In this document: positions 17,426 through 32,785 of the stretch, in pieces
Layout of the letters: each line of letters begins with the position of its first letter
Numbering within the stretch: the stretch's first letter is position 1
Source of the DNA: the human T2T-CHM13v2.0 reference genome, Homo sapiens
Reading direction: 5' to 3' (one strand)
DNA length: 64,000 nucleotides
NCBI RefSeq assembly: GCF_009914755.1
Contig: NC_060934.1
Program-made: the position numbers and the translations under genes
Notes under the pieces: generated by a model
Seen by the model: only the letters and a program-made list of their open reading frames with translations
Told to the model about the DNA's origin: nothing
The model's database searches: none

Positions 17426-18180
17426 TGTTATGTTTTGAATATTTGTCCCCTCCAAAACTTACATTGAAATGTAATCCCCAATGTGGCAGTATTGAGAGGT
17501 GGAGTCTTTAAGAGGTGATTGGATCACCAGGGCTTTGCCTTCATGAATGGACTAATCCATTCATGGATTACTAGATTAATGAGTTAATTCATGAATTAAT
17601 GGACTGATGGGTTATCATGGGAGTGGACCTGGTGGCTTTATAAGAAGAGTATGAGAGACCTGAACCAGCACATTCAGCTTCTTGCCATGTGATGCCCTGC
17701 ACTACCATGAGATTCTGCAGATTCTTCCCCACCAGTGGGAAGGTCCCACCAGATGTGAGGCCCCTCGAACTTGGACTTCTCAGTCTTCATAACTATAAGA
17801 AATAAGTTCCTGGCCAGGCACAGTGGCTCATGCCTGTAATCGCGGCACTTTGGGAGGCCGAGGCGGGCAGATCACGAGGTCAAGAGATTGAAACCATCCT
17901 GGCCAAAGTGGTGAAACTCCATCTCTACTGAAAATGCAAAAATTAGCTGGGCATGGTGCTGCGTGCCTGTAGTCCCAGCTACTCGGGAGGCTGATGCAGA
18001 ATCGCTTGAACCTGGGAGGCGGAGGTTGCAGTGAGCCGAAATTGCACTCCAGCCTGGGCAACAGAGCCAGACCCCGTCTCAAAAAAAAAAAAAAAAAAGA
18101 AAGAGAAATAAACTCCTTTTCTTTATAAGTTGCCTAGTTTCAGGCATTCTGTTATAAGCAATAGAAAATGAACTAAGACA
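17426..18180 (+). mobile_element. MSTC-like solo LTR (ERVL-MaLR) interrupted by an Alu
   Basis: TG...CA ends, perfect 5-bp TSD ctgat on both sides, ggattaatgg-type repeats, ...gaactaagaca end. Confidence 0.9.
17812..18102 (+). mobile_element. AluSc-like, inserted in the MST LTR
   Basis: atcacgaggtcaagagattgaaaccatcctggcc diagnostic; TSD agaaataagttcct/agaaataaactcct. Confidence 0.92.
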
Positions 18181-18622
18181 CTGATATTCAATTGTTTTAG
18201 CCTATAAAAATGGGAATTTTATGTGGGTCAACCTAGTATATTCCCCCTGATTCTCTGCTTTTCCAGCTCATATACTTTTGTAGTTTAGATAACCTCCTGT
18301 CAGTTAAATCATGATATAAGTTCTTCGTTCCTTTTTTTTCCTTTATAGTTTAAAAATTATTTTATGTGTATCTTTCCTCTGGTAGCCCCCTGAGACTTGC
18401 TTACTGCAAGCCCACATGCTGCCTTGACTCCTTTTCCCTGAATCAACTGTGAATTGTTCCGCAGCTTCTCTCCTTTTTGGTCTCTGAACCAAGGTTTCTT
18501 AATTAGAGTATCCACAAGTCTATATGTGAAGAGGTTGAGGGAAAAGTAACCACTGGGGACATGAGAAATCTGAAAAGTAATAGTTAGAAATGGCCATCTT
18601 AGCCTTATTAAAATGTAAGTAA

Positions 18623-18918
<296 letters not shown>

Positions 18919-19537
18919 ATAATGTAAGGCAAGGCCTTTTCCCTTATATCTATTTTAGGGTTTACCCTTGTGTATACAGAAAAATTGTTCCCTGTCCAGC
19001 TTATTATGGGCTGGATAGCAGGCAGAACTCCTCAGTTTGGGTTAGCATTGCATTAACAGAACTGCCACATCTTTCTGGATAATCTTCCTTTGTGCATAAG
19101 CTCCAGGCTCACCTTCTCTGCCTCACAGCTGTGCGCTGGTTTCCCTTAGCTTTCTTGGGTTCTGGATGGATACTGGCCTTCTGGGTGAGAAGGGGGTTCT
19201 TTGGCAAAAGGTGTTTTTGACATAATTTAGGACCTTCTTAAGTTCTACAGCAGACCTAAATTTCTTCCCCCAAGTTCTTTGTCTATATAGAGTACTCAGC
19301 ACTCATTACCCATTCTCAGTTCTGAAGGAAATCTTATGGAGCAGTTGTAGTATTTATAGGGTAAGCAGAGTGCCCAGTTTCCATGCCCCACCCCAAACCA
19401 TTTAGATTTCAGTCATGTATGTCAAGGGAGGAGTGAGTACATTTTTGTGGTCAGCTGCCTCTTCTTTTCCCTAACATTCTCACTTTTTCATCTTTCCTGC
19501 TTTCTTGAGGTCATTTATCTATTGAATAGGATGTCTA

Positions 19538-19843
<306 letters not shown>

Positions 19844-20798
19844 CTAATATTTCTCTTTTCTCAATAATAATGGCATGAAAAGAATTTTTTCTGTGCCTTT
19901 TCAAAATCCCAATACCCCCTCGTGGCATTTCCTATGTTGAAGTTTTCAACAGCCTTATCAGGAGGAGAAATGAGCTTAATTTTTGAGTTTTAGTGCTTAG
20001 GGACTCTGTCTTGGCTTCTAGAGATAACTTCACTGTGGGCACCCACAAATAATATGTTTAATTTTTTTTCTAAACCTTTTGCTGATGGTCATTGCAATAT
20101 TTTCTTGATTTTAATTTCCTGAGTTTTCTTCTTTCACATTTTTTCTTTTTTTTTTGGTGATATTTTTCCATATTCCATTATCTGCATCCTTCTCACTCTC
20201 CCTGATTTTTCAAACATCATGGACTACAGATCTGCAACCTCCCTGGTAATTCCTCTTGGGTTTGAGAGGAAGTTTGTCAAGTACTGGAAACTTGAACTTG
20301 TATAAAACAGATGTCACCACTCATTTTAATGGAAGAAGGCATGGAGTAAATACAGATAGCACATAACAGCTATATGCATTCTCTTAAATTTCTTTCCCGA
20401 TCTTGGGCTTGAGGTATTTTTATCTAATCTAGTCTACCCTTGCCATTTTCAAGATCTTTTTCTTTGATACTTGATAGAGAAGTGTCTTCTGTATTTTTCT
20501 TCCTTCTTGGAAGAATATATTTTAAAAAATGTATTTTGAGATTGAGTATTTTGTGAAACATCTTTCCTCTAAAATCCTCAAAGTAACTTTGCCTCTCTTT
20601 GATTTCTATGGGTAGTCCAGCGGAGAGTGATACACATAAGGATATTTCATAAACACTGCTTGCATTCCTCTGGGATTTGTGCTCCTAGATGACAGCATAT
20701 ATATGCATGTGATTCTGTGTGTGTAAACATGCTTTAAAAAATTTATTGAACATAGTTTTCAGCTGTCTTCACTCACTTTAAACCTTAGTCTACTTTCT

Positions 20799-21216
<418 letters not shown>

Positions 21217-21334
21217 TAATATTTGAGATTTTTATATCTATGTCAAGTTAACTTTTCCTGAAAAATATTTTGATACATTTTCTAGAATGTTAGTGTATTG
21301 TGTTTATAACATGGGGGAAAATGTACTGTTTCAT

Positions 21335-21635
21335 TTTTAAATTTATTTTTATTTATTTTTGTTATTATTATTTTTTAAGAAACAGGGTCTTGCTCTGTTG
21401 CTCAGGCTGGAGAGCAGTGGCATGATCCTGGACTCAAACAATCTTCCCACCTCAGCTTTCTGAGTAGCTAGGACTACATGCGTATGCCACCATGCCCACC
21501 TAATTTTTAATTTTTTTGTAGAGACAGAGTTTTACTATATTGTCCAGACTGGTTTTGACCTCCTGGGCTCAAGGGATCTTCCCACCTTGGCCTCCTAAAG
21601 TGTTAGGATTATAGGTGTGAGTTATCACAGCCAGG
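21335..21635 (-). mobile_element. AluJ, degenerate, with internal deletion
   Basis: acagggtcttgctctgttg...cctgggctcaagggatcttcccacc. Confidence 0.88.
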
Positions 21636-21824
21636 TGCAATAAGTGTTTATGATTAATTTAAAAGCAGATGCTGTGCTTTTCAAAAATTATGCTCAATTT
21701 TTTTTTTAATATTACAAAGGACTTTTAGACTGGCTTCCTCCTAAACATTTCTTCAACTCCTATCAAGTTCAGTCTGCAAATATCCTAATTTCTAGGTTGT
21801 TTGGGAATGTTAATTGATTGTCTC

Positions 21825-21906
21825 ATGTATGTATGTATGTATGTATGTATGGATAGACAGATAGATGAAGGTTGAAGGATGGATGGATAGATTAAATGGA
21901 TGGATG

Positions 21907-21944
<38 letters not shown>

Positions 21945-21965
21945 AAGATAGATGAAGGTTGAAGG
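21825..21965 (+). repeat. Compound tetranucleotide microsatellite (ATGT)6...(GATG)n...(GATA)9
   Basis: Read directly from sequence. Confidence 0.95.
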
Positions 21966-22756
21966 GTAGGGCTGGAGGAGGAATTCCAGCTTTCCAGTAG
22001 ATTTTCTATCAAGCAGTCATTCATATATATAACTTCCTATATTGTTAGCCAAAGTTCATCCATGTCTCTTGTATTTAGCTCTCTGTCTGTATTGTAGAAA
22101 GCTTATTTATTATGTGAGCATTTTGCTTTCTCCTATCCCTCCCTCTTTCTTTAACATCAGTTATAACAGCTGTGAATACAGTTTATAATATGAGCAGCCA
22201 TATTCAGTTTTTAGGCTTTCAAAATCACAAATACAAAGGAGGATATAATACATAGTCCTATATTTTATACAAATTGGGACACTTTTCTTCATTTCTTATT
22301 TCGTGGCATTGCCTAACTATAGTCAAGCTAATGACCCATGTAGATGTAGTGTTGTACCTGGTGTCCGTGTCCCTGTGAATGTGTCATGTTGTGCTGGCCT
22401 GATTCCCCAACATCAGCCCCAGGGAGCCAGCAGCTGGAGCAGCTGTCATCTTGTGAAAGCAGAGTGTCCTTGTTGCTATTGATTGGGTTGTTCAGTCAAT
22501 TGCAAAAAAGTGGATCTAACTGTCAATGGTAGTTATATGATAATCCTGGAGATAAATAAGTGTCAAGTGAAGTATTACTTGAATTTAGGACTTGAAGAGA
22601 GAGAAAGGGGTATGAGTAGTTGGAGGGGAAGATTTGCTATGACAAGCTATTATTCAGTGTGGTTATTTTGTATGACAGGTAAGTCTACAGGTATCTTTTG
22701 TTAGATAAATCAGAAATTAAGCATTCCCTTTGTAAACTCCAAACAAGATTTTGAAA

Positions 22757-23090
22757 CACCATGGTCCCCCCTTATCCACCTCCAAGATCTCCAGTGGATG
22801 TCTGAAACCACTGATAGTACTGAAGTCTCTATATATTATGTTTTTCCCCTGTATGTAATACATACCTGTGATAAAGTTTAATTTATAAATTAGGCACAGG
22901 AAGAAATTAACAAAAATAAGTAAGAATAGAACAGTTATAACTATATGTTCTATTAAAAGTTATGTGAATTTGTTTTCTCTCTCTCTCAAAATATCCTGTT
23001 GTGCTGTGTGTTCACCCATTTTTGAGCTGCCGTTGACTGTGGATAACAAACCACAGAAAGTGAAACTTCACATAAAGGGGGACTACTGTA
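22757..23090 (+). mobile_element. MER2B-like TcMar-Tigger DNA transposon
   Basis: Terminal repeats gtccccccttatcc / ataaagggggactactg-TA; ccagtggatgtctgaaacc; ataaagtttaatttataaattaggcacag. Confidence 0.88.
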
Positions 23091-23370
23091 TTCTCATAAT
23101 GTTAATTGCTTCTAGAATTCACAAGGATTGAATTCAACTTGAATCTTGCTAAAGAAGTACTTTATTATTCGATGTTAGTCCAGCAACAACTTATAGTGTA
23201 GAAATTTGCCCTTTTGAGGGTGAATACACAAAGGGGAAAGAAAACTTGTGTGCCCACGGTCCACTAACAGATAAGCTTCTGGAGGCCAGGAGTAAACCGC
23301 CCTGCAGGGGAGCCATCTCCCAGGGTTTCCCCAGCAGAGAGCTGTGCCCAGTGCCGGGGTCTCATGCTTA

Positions 23371-23749
<379 letters not shown>

Positions 23750-24339
23750 TTATTTAGTAAGTCCATAGCATTTTGTTCACACAGTGTATCATTGTGCTTT
23801 TCTGTTTCAAAGTGTAATTATTTAATCTAGAAATTTTAAGTCCTGTGACAGAAAACAAATGCTGTTCTCACAAAATATGAGAAATCAAATTCCATCTTAT
23901 TATTTAAATTAATTCTTTTTTAACTGAAGAATTGTTATGTGGGTAGCTTTCAACATAATTTTTTCAATATTAGATGCTTATAACTAATGTGGATTTAGTT
24001 AATTCGATGTTTATCACATTTAATTCTTATTTACTACAAAGGTTAAAGCAATTTTATTTCTTCTGGAAACTTTTAGGATCTTGTGAGTGAGGGACGTCAG
24101 CCAAAATTGGCAACTTTTTCAAGCAACTGGCTCAAGAAATTAGGAATTTCTCTAATAATGAGCCATCGTTTTTTGAATTCAACAATTTAAAAGGGCTGCA
24201 TAGTTAGGATATGATTCCAGTTTCCCCTCAGTGCAAATTGATATTTTTTTCTGTTGACACATTCTACTTTGTTTTCGAAGACTAGTTTATAGTGTTCTTT
24301 TAAAAGCAAAGAAAATATCTTTAAAAATCCCAGCTTTTT

Positions 24340-24644
24340 GGCTGGGTGCGGTGGCTTCATGCCTGTGATCCTAGCACTTTGGGAGGCTGGGGTGGGAGGA
24401 TCACTGGAGGCCAGGAGTTTGAGACCAGTCTGGGCAACACAGGCACTCCATCTCTTTAAAATAAAAAATAAAAAAATAAAAATAGCCAGGCTTGGTGGCC
24501 CACACTTGTAGTCCCAGCTACTCGGGATGCTGAGGCAGGAGGATTGCTGGAGCTCAGGGATTCAAGGTTGTAGTGAGCTATGATTGAGCCACTGCACTTT
24601 AGCTTGGGCAATGGAGCAAAACCTTGTTTCCTTTAAAAAAAAAA
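24340..24644 (+). mobile_element. AluJ
   Basis: ggaggatcactggaggccagg; gtgagctatgattg. Confidence 0.9.
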
Positions 24645-24824
24645 TTTATTAAAACATGCTCTTACTTTGGCAAAAATATATGTTTCTTCATAGTGATGAT
24701 AATCATAATGATACATTATTACTATATGCAGCTTATAAGAATCAGTTGTCTAATGTATCCGTGTAAGTTTCTCTGTGGTTTTAAGAATCATTCCATAGGC
24801 TGATAAATGCATACTCTCTTCACC

Positions 24825-25200
24825 CCATTGCACATCCAGCATTCTGAATTTTTCTCACTTCCTTGAATATGCCATGTTCCATGCACTTGTAGATCTTCCA
24901 TCACAGAAGGTGCCTCATCTGTCCAGAACCCCTGCCATACCTCTGCTCCCTTTGTCTAGCTAACGCTCACTCATCCTTTAGATCCCAGTGAAATGTCACT
25001 TGCATCTGGGAGGACTTTCTGACTAGGTTCTGAGCTTCCTTTGCATTCTGTTTTTCATTGACATAATGACATCACATTTATTAGTATTGTCTCATTGTAA
25101 ACCCCAGTAAGGCAGGAACTGTATCTCTCTGTATCCCCAACACTACCACAGTGCCTGGTGCATGTTAAATTGCAGTTAATATTTCTAGAATGAAAGAGTG
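24825..25200 (+). mobile_element. L2 3' fragment
   Basis: ggcaggaactgtatc...gtatccccaacactaccacagtgcctgg...atatttctagaatgaa. Confidence 0.7.
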
Positions 25201-25415
25201 CTTCCATCCTTCATCATCCGTCTTTCAGATAAAGAAGTATCTAGTTACCTTTGTCTTAAATTAAAACAATTTCAAAAGGTTGCATGTGCTGGTGGACCAG
25301 TTGAAATCCACAGCTCCCATATTGCTGCTCATTGCCACTGTTATTGATGCCCTGGAGATGATTTAAAATTCAGTTATGTTGCTTGTGATGGTGGTATTTA
25401 AAAATCTATAATTTT

Positions 25416-25716
25416 GGCTGGGCGTGGTGGCTCATACCTATAATCCCAGCTCTTTGGGAGGCCAAGGCAGGTGGATCACAAGGTCAGGAGTTTGAGAATA
25501 GCCTGGCCAACAGAGAAACCCCGCCTCTACTAATAATACAAAAATTAGCCGGTCGTGGTGGTGTGCACCTGCAATCCCAGCTACTCAGGAGGCTGAGGCA
25601 GGAGAATTGCTTGAACCCGGAGGCGGAGGTTGCAGTGAGCTGAGATTGTGACACTGCACTCCAGCCTGGGCGATAGAGCAAGACTCTATCTTGAAGAAAA
25701 TAAAAAATAAATAAAT
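25416..25716 (+). mobile_element. AluSg-like
   Basis: ggatcacaaggtcagg; 15-bp TSD aaaatctataatttt. Confidence 0.94.
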
Positions 25717-26350
25717 AAAATCTATAATTTTTATACTCATGTGCTATTATAGTGACCCTGTGAGACATCATAATGCCTTAATGATAGCTTGTCTTGTTTT
25801 TACTTTCACTTACATCTATAGTTCCAAATGTTTTATTGAATTGTGCTTTATTTGATAATTCATAGTTGTAAACTGACCTCATCCCATATTTGTATTTTTA
25901 CAATCTCAACAGTTTTATCAGGGACATATTTTTATATTCTGTAGCATAATACAGTGCCTTCTGTAGAGCTTAGTTTCATGTGCAGTGATGTGTCAGAATG
26001 AAATATCTGCCCAGTGGTATTGAATTTCATGTATTATGATTTACATATTCTTCTGTGTATCAACTGGTTTTATATTACCCAGAGAATGCTTATGGTGGTG
26101 GTTGAGAGTTGTGTATTGCTATTGACTGTACGGGCCATAGACATATTTGTAGGTATATTAAATTTGCTTTGTACTTCTCACACAATTGATTTGGTGGGCA
26201 TTCTTCTTAATTATACTTGATGGGTGCATACATAAATTCATTCTTGGTTAAAAAAATTCAGATAGTGTAGATATGGCAGTGGTTCCTTTAATCCCTCCAA
26301 TTATTTATTTACCTTATATATCTGGGAACTTTGTATAAAAACTAAACACT

Positions 26351-26665
<315 letters not shown>

Positions 26666-26704
26666 CTACAATTTGACACAATAATTCAAGTCAGCCAAGC
26701 ACTT

Positions 26705-27027
26705 TAAAAATTATTTTGAAATAATTTTAGATTTATAGGAAAGTTGTCAAAATAGGGTAGAGTTAATTATATATAACCTTATGCAGTTTCCCTGATAACC
26801 ACTTATATAACCATAGCACAGTTATAAAAAAATTATCAGGAAATTCACTGGTATAATACCATTAACTAAACTGTGGCCCTTTTTGACTTTCACCGGTTTT
26901 TCACCTCCTGTATTTTTCTCTGTTCCAGGATCCCATCCAGGATCCCACATTACCTTCAGTTGTTGTTTCTCCTTTATTTCCTGCAATCTATTAAAGATTC
27001 TAATCCTTTCTTTGTCTTTCATGACTT
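26705..27027 (-). mobile_element. L1MC4/5-type 3' fragment
   Basis: ttttgaaataattttagattta; ctgttccaggatcccatccaggatcccacattac; tctttcatgactt. Confidence 0.8.
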
Positions 27028-27039
27028 CAGCAAACAGTT

Positions 27040-27460
27040 TTAGTTGGATGCTTAGTATATACCAGTCACTGAGATTGGTGCTTGAGGGAAGGGAGATAAA
27101 TGAATGGATGAGACATGGCCCTTACCTAATGAGGTGAGCCAACACATAGACAAGTAATGCTAAAACAATGTAGTGCCTTTAAAAGGCCTTTGTACTATCT
27201 CCCTAGAGAAGAGAGAGTTGCTGACTCACTGAATAACAGTGTTGAGGCAGCATTTTCAGAAGAAATGACATTGATCTGGGTCTTAAAGAATGGGGAAACT
27301 TTTCCTTGTGGAGAAATGGAGTGGAAGAGGAGTTCATCATGGACAGGCAGGGGCATTTGGCATGAAAGTGTGAAAGACTGGCTTGTTTGCAGACTGGCAA
27401 ATCACTTGATAGGAATGGAGCATAGGGTATGTGAAGAACACAGTGAGGCATGAAACTAGA
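27040..27460 (-). mobile_element. L2 fragment
   Basis: Purine-rich, degenerate L2 reverse-strand motifs (agacatggccctt, gacattgatctgggtcttaaagaatg). Confidence 0.55.
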
Positions 27461-27990
27461 AGAGTAGTTACAAAGCTACCTTTTTTCATTACTTTTTATT
27501 AATAAATATATCCTCATATTTGTAGGGTAAGTTTTGGCTTAAATTTTTTTTAAATCTCATTATTCATACTTAATGAGCATTTAATTGTAATCAGTGTTTC
27601 TAGTTTTAAACTGCACAACATTAAGATTGTTACTGTACTTTTGGAAAGAAAAAGAGAACAAATAATTATGCTTAGCTGTTGCAATAGCATCTAATAGCAT
27701 TTAAATTCTGTTAATAAAGAATATGAATTTATTCTGTAATGCCTATTGGGCACCTATTATATGGCAGGCACTGTTTGAGGTGAGAGAGATATAGCAGCAA
27801 AGAAAAGAGAAAAACTCCTGCTCTTGTTCTAATATATTCTAGTGGTCCTAGTTGCAATATGTTTGAACTAACATGGTAGTTCAGTCAACAAGTCAAATGT
27901 TAACTGCCTAGCATGTTATCTAGATGCTCAGCAGATTTTTAAAAAATGAATAGATATATGACTGGGTCTTGAAGGAGTAAAAGAATTTCA

Positions 27991-28333
<343 letters not shown>

Positions 28334-28393
28334 TCATATGCATTCTTGGAGATTATTCTTAGGTAGTTAGAACACATTGAAGATATTATTTCA

Positions 28394-28774
<381 letters not shown>

Positions 28775-28933
28775 TTTTTTCCTCTGGTTCTTATTTTTGA
28801 AGTTTTTGTACAATATATCAAGATACAGATTTATTTTTATTTATTCTGCTAGGTATCTGAGGATTGGTATTTTAGTTCAGGAAAATTCGCAGCCATTATT
28901 TCTTCACATACTGTTTGTGCTTCATCCTCTTTT

Positions 28934-29234
28934 TTTGTTTGTTTTTTTGAGATGAAGTCTTGCTCTGTCATCCAGGCTGGAGTGCAGTGGCGTGATCATG
29001 GCTCCACTGCAACCTCTGCCTCCTGGGTTCAAGCTATCCTCCCACCTCAGCCTCCCGAGCAGCTGGGATTACAGGTGTGCTCCACCACGCCCTGCTAATT
29101 TTTAAATTTTTTTAGTAGAGATGGGATTTCATCATGTTGGCCAGGCTGGTCTTGAACTCCTGATCTCAGGCGATCCGCCCACCTAGGCCTCCCAAAGTGC
29201 TGGGATTAACAGGCATGAGCCACCATACCCAGCC
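28934..29234 (-). mobile_element. AluS
   Basis: 16-bp TSD tgcttcatcctctttt. Confidence 0.94.
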
Positions 29235-30639
29235 TGCTTCATCCTCTTTTAATCTCATTTTCAGTCTCCAATTAAACATATGTTAAAATTTCTCACTGTA
29301 TGCTCTATGCCTTTACCCTCTTTTGTGTTTTTCTTCTTTTTCTGAGCTGTACTCAGTTTACTGATTCTCTCTTCAACTATATCTAATCTGTCATTAGTTA
29401 TAGAATTTTTATTTAGTTATCAAATTTGTCATCTTTTATAGTTTATAGTTCCCTGTTAAAACCATTTAGTTTGGTTTTTATCTCTTTGAATATAGTTAAT
29501 GTCATTGTTTTTAAATCTTTACCTGTATTTTCAATATCTGAAGTTCCTGTGGGTCTTCTTCTGTAGTTTCTTGTTTCTGCTGGTTCTGACTCATGGTGTT
29601 TGTTTTTTCCTGTGCCTGATTACATCCTGGATGTTGTTTTTGAAAAAGTATTTATAGAAATAATTTGAGGTTGAGAATTTTCATATGCTTCTGCCTTCTG
29701 CCTAGGTTGTACAGTTTAAGGCCTCCTCAAGCCAAGTTCATGATTCAGGTATTGTGAGTTGGGCTGCAAACCTGTGTGCAGGCTGGTTACTTACAGTTCA
29801 CTTTCCCTCTTTGAAGCCCCATTTACAATAGGGGTTGGTATCCTTGAGACCCCACCTGCTTAGGCTCCAGATGTCACCAGAATTTCACATCAGCTTTATT
29901 TCCTGGATTGGTAAATATAACCCCATGATAAAAGTGGCTCTGAGTGTTGGGTTTACCTCTTGGACTTCCTGTCCTCACCAATTTTTGACCGAAAATTCAA
30001 CCCTATGTTGTTAGCTCTTTGAATTACCTATTCTGTCCTCATTAGAAGAGTGCCTCCAGCATTTATTGCCTAAACATGACAGCTGAGTATTTTTAGTTTG
30101 ATTTTTTTTTTAACATTTGCTAATAATACGTTTTCAACCAGATCATAAACTTTGTGGATAAGGTCCCTGTCTGCTATTTCTTTACCCTTCTCATATAGCA
30201 TTTAATACAATGATAGGTGGATAATTGGTTCTCTTGGCCAGTTGACTGATCAAGGGGCAATTCTCCAAACTCTGGTGATTTCTCCTTTTCGTTCGTAAGA
30301 CTGCTTTTATACCCCAACAAAGAAACTTGTTATAATTTAATAGTGGCTGTGTCCATTTTTCTTTTCTTCTCTGCTGTTCCATCCCAAGGTGGGATGGCCC
30401 CAATTAGACTAACCACTGAAACCCTGGGCATAAAATGGTGCCCAGGGAGCTTTTCTTCATATTAATTTGTGTGTACTCTAAAAGGAAAGATTATTTGGCT
30501 TGCTCATAAATCCAAAATTTTGGTGATGAAAATATGTTTATAATTATTTCTTTTGAGCTTGATTTGTTGTGGATTTTTTCCTTTATTTTGGTTTAAGATC
30601 AAATGGTTTCCTAATGTGTATGGGTCACTGTAGTCTAAA

Positions 30640-30944
30640 TTTTTTTTTTTTTTTTTTTTTTTGAGATGGAGTTTTGCCCTTGTTGCCCAGGCTGGAGTTA
30701 AATGGCGAGATCTTGCCTCACTGCAACCTCCACCTCCTGGCTTCAAGTGATTCTCCTGCCTCATCCTCCTGAGTAGCTGGGATTACAGATGCCTGCCACC
30801 ACGCCCAGCTAATTTTGTATTTTTAGTAGAGACAAGATTTTATCATGTTGGCCAGGCCGGTCTGGAACTCCTGACCTCAGGTGATCCGCCTGCCTTGAAC
30901 TCCCAAAGTGCTGGGATTATAGGCATGAGCCACCGTGCCTGGCC
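30640..30944 (-). mobile_element. AluSq-like
   Basis: gagttttgcccttgttgccc; TSD tctaaat; long T tract. Confidence 0.93.
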
Positions 30945-31356
30945 TCTAAATATTTTTAAAGTATAGATGTTTTTAAACTTGTAGCTCCTGAGTGTGAACT
31001 GTCCCTTGCTGTTTTTTGGGCATCTATCAAGGCATTTGTTCTAACCACTGAGTAAGAAGGACATCACTAAGGGGGTTGTAGCTATACCTTTCTTCTTTTT
31101 ATCTTTAATTAACATGCATTGACTGCCTGGTATGTTAGAAACAGACCTGCCTATTACAGTCTCATTCCCTTCCATACTCATCCTTGCTTGTGTGGCTACC
31201 TCCCAAGCTAGGACTGCAAGACCCTTATCACTCCTGCTTACTATTGGTTTTTGTGTCCTTTTGGCAATTTTCTAGTGGCTGCTTGAACTATTGGTTGTCA
31301 GATTGACCTGATTTGTTTCACTTGTAAACAAAATGCTTAAGCCACTGTTGATTTTT

Positions 31357-31618
31357 GTGGCAGCTCAGTTGCTTAGAGCAAGGTGTTAATGAGACATCGG
31401 TCATAGGTCCAGGCTCTGGGTTGACTGGTAAGCTTTGCTCTGGCCCATGGCCACAGACCCTGACTCCCCCTTGCCAGCTGTCTTGCACATGTAGCTATGG
31501 CTCATTATGGGGACACAGCAGGGGGTGGAGATAAGACAAGGCAAATCTGTCATCTCTGCCAGAAAAGACAACTCCTACTGATAGGTCAGTAACCTTTTCA
31601 TTGGAAGAACAGCACGTT
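31357..31618 (+). mobile_element. MamSINE1-like ancient tRNA-derived SINE
   Basis: tRNA-like head agctcagttgcttagagcaaggtgttaatgag, then agctttgctctggcccatggccacagac...ggcaaatctgtca...acaactcctactgat...gaacagcac, collinear with the remembered MamSINE1 consensus. Confidence 0.78.
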
Positions 31619-32785
31619 AGTATTAGCTTCTGTAGATGTGTCTAACTGAGTCTTTTTCTTAAAATAACTCATGTGATTGTATGGGTTGTCTGCAGCAAGT
31701 TTAGAATACTGCTCACATTTTAAAGCATGTTTGAATATAAGGATGGCTTTTTAGTTTGTGAAGATTATTGTCCTTAATCAGGGATTCTTAATATCATTCT
31801 CTAAAGTAGAAAAGTGAGCTTTAGAAGTCAAATTTGATAAAGCTCTAGAAAACAACTGCAAAATTGCTGTTATAAAGAAACCTGTCAAATTTAGGAAGTG
31901 CCCTCCAGGAGCCCTTCATCCCAACCAATCCTCTCCTAAAAGAAAGGAAAAAAAGAAGAAAGATGGCTAGGTAGATGGAATAGTGATCAGAAAAAAAGAA
32001 CTTTTCTAGAAAAGCATACCAGTGTGCTCTTTACCAGAGCATTTTAGCAGGTAATATTTTACAAAGGACCCAGCAGATAATTGGGCAGGTTTTTTCTTTA
32101 GGAACTTAGTGTTGATGGCCTGAATTAATCTGACTAGGAATTTAGACATTTCTTCATGATATATTTTGAGTCCATAGATGATCTGATTCTAATGTGACTT
32201 CAGTTTTTAACTTACATAGCGTTAAGCAAAAGGATGTGTGTGTATGTATGTGTGTTTGTTTTACATCCTAAAGGTATTACAGGCCCCATGGTAAACTTTT
32301 TGGCTCAAGTGAATCCAGAGTTTGGTATATGTAACCTCCAGTGGTGGTTCATGAACAAACACTTCATTTCTGTAGTCATATTTTTTTTTAAAGAATAAAA
32401 GTGAGCCAGGTTTAAAACTTGTTAAGAAAATAATAGCACAGGTGATACACAGATGAAGCAAAATTGCCGTGGATGGTCTGGGAATGCCTGAGGATTGAGA
32501 AACACTGGCTGAATTATACACTGTGGCAGAAGAAATTATAGGCCCTTAGAAACAGGTAGAGGTTATTGGAAAGATTCAAGCACCTAATGTTTAGTTAGAA
32601 GGTAAGTAAGCTGGTTTCTTAAGTTCTTGTTTATTTATTGGGTGTGGGCTCAGGATAAGTTAGTTTGAAATAGATCTTAGAGAAGTAAATGCAAGACAAC
32701 TTTATCAATGAGTCATGGGCAAACAATTCTATTATTAGAAGTAGTATAGAAAAGGAGTAGGAGAAGTAGAAGGGAGGAAGTCTAG

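Noticed and set aside
31357-31430. tRNA gene
   Set aside because: The B-box and acceptor stem are degenerate; better explained as a SINE head.
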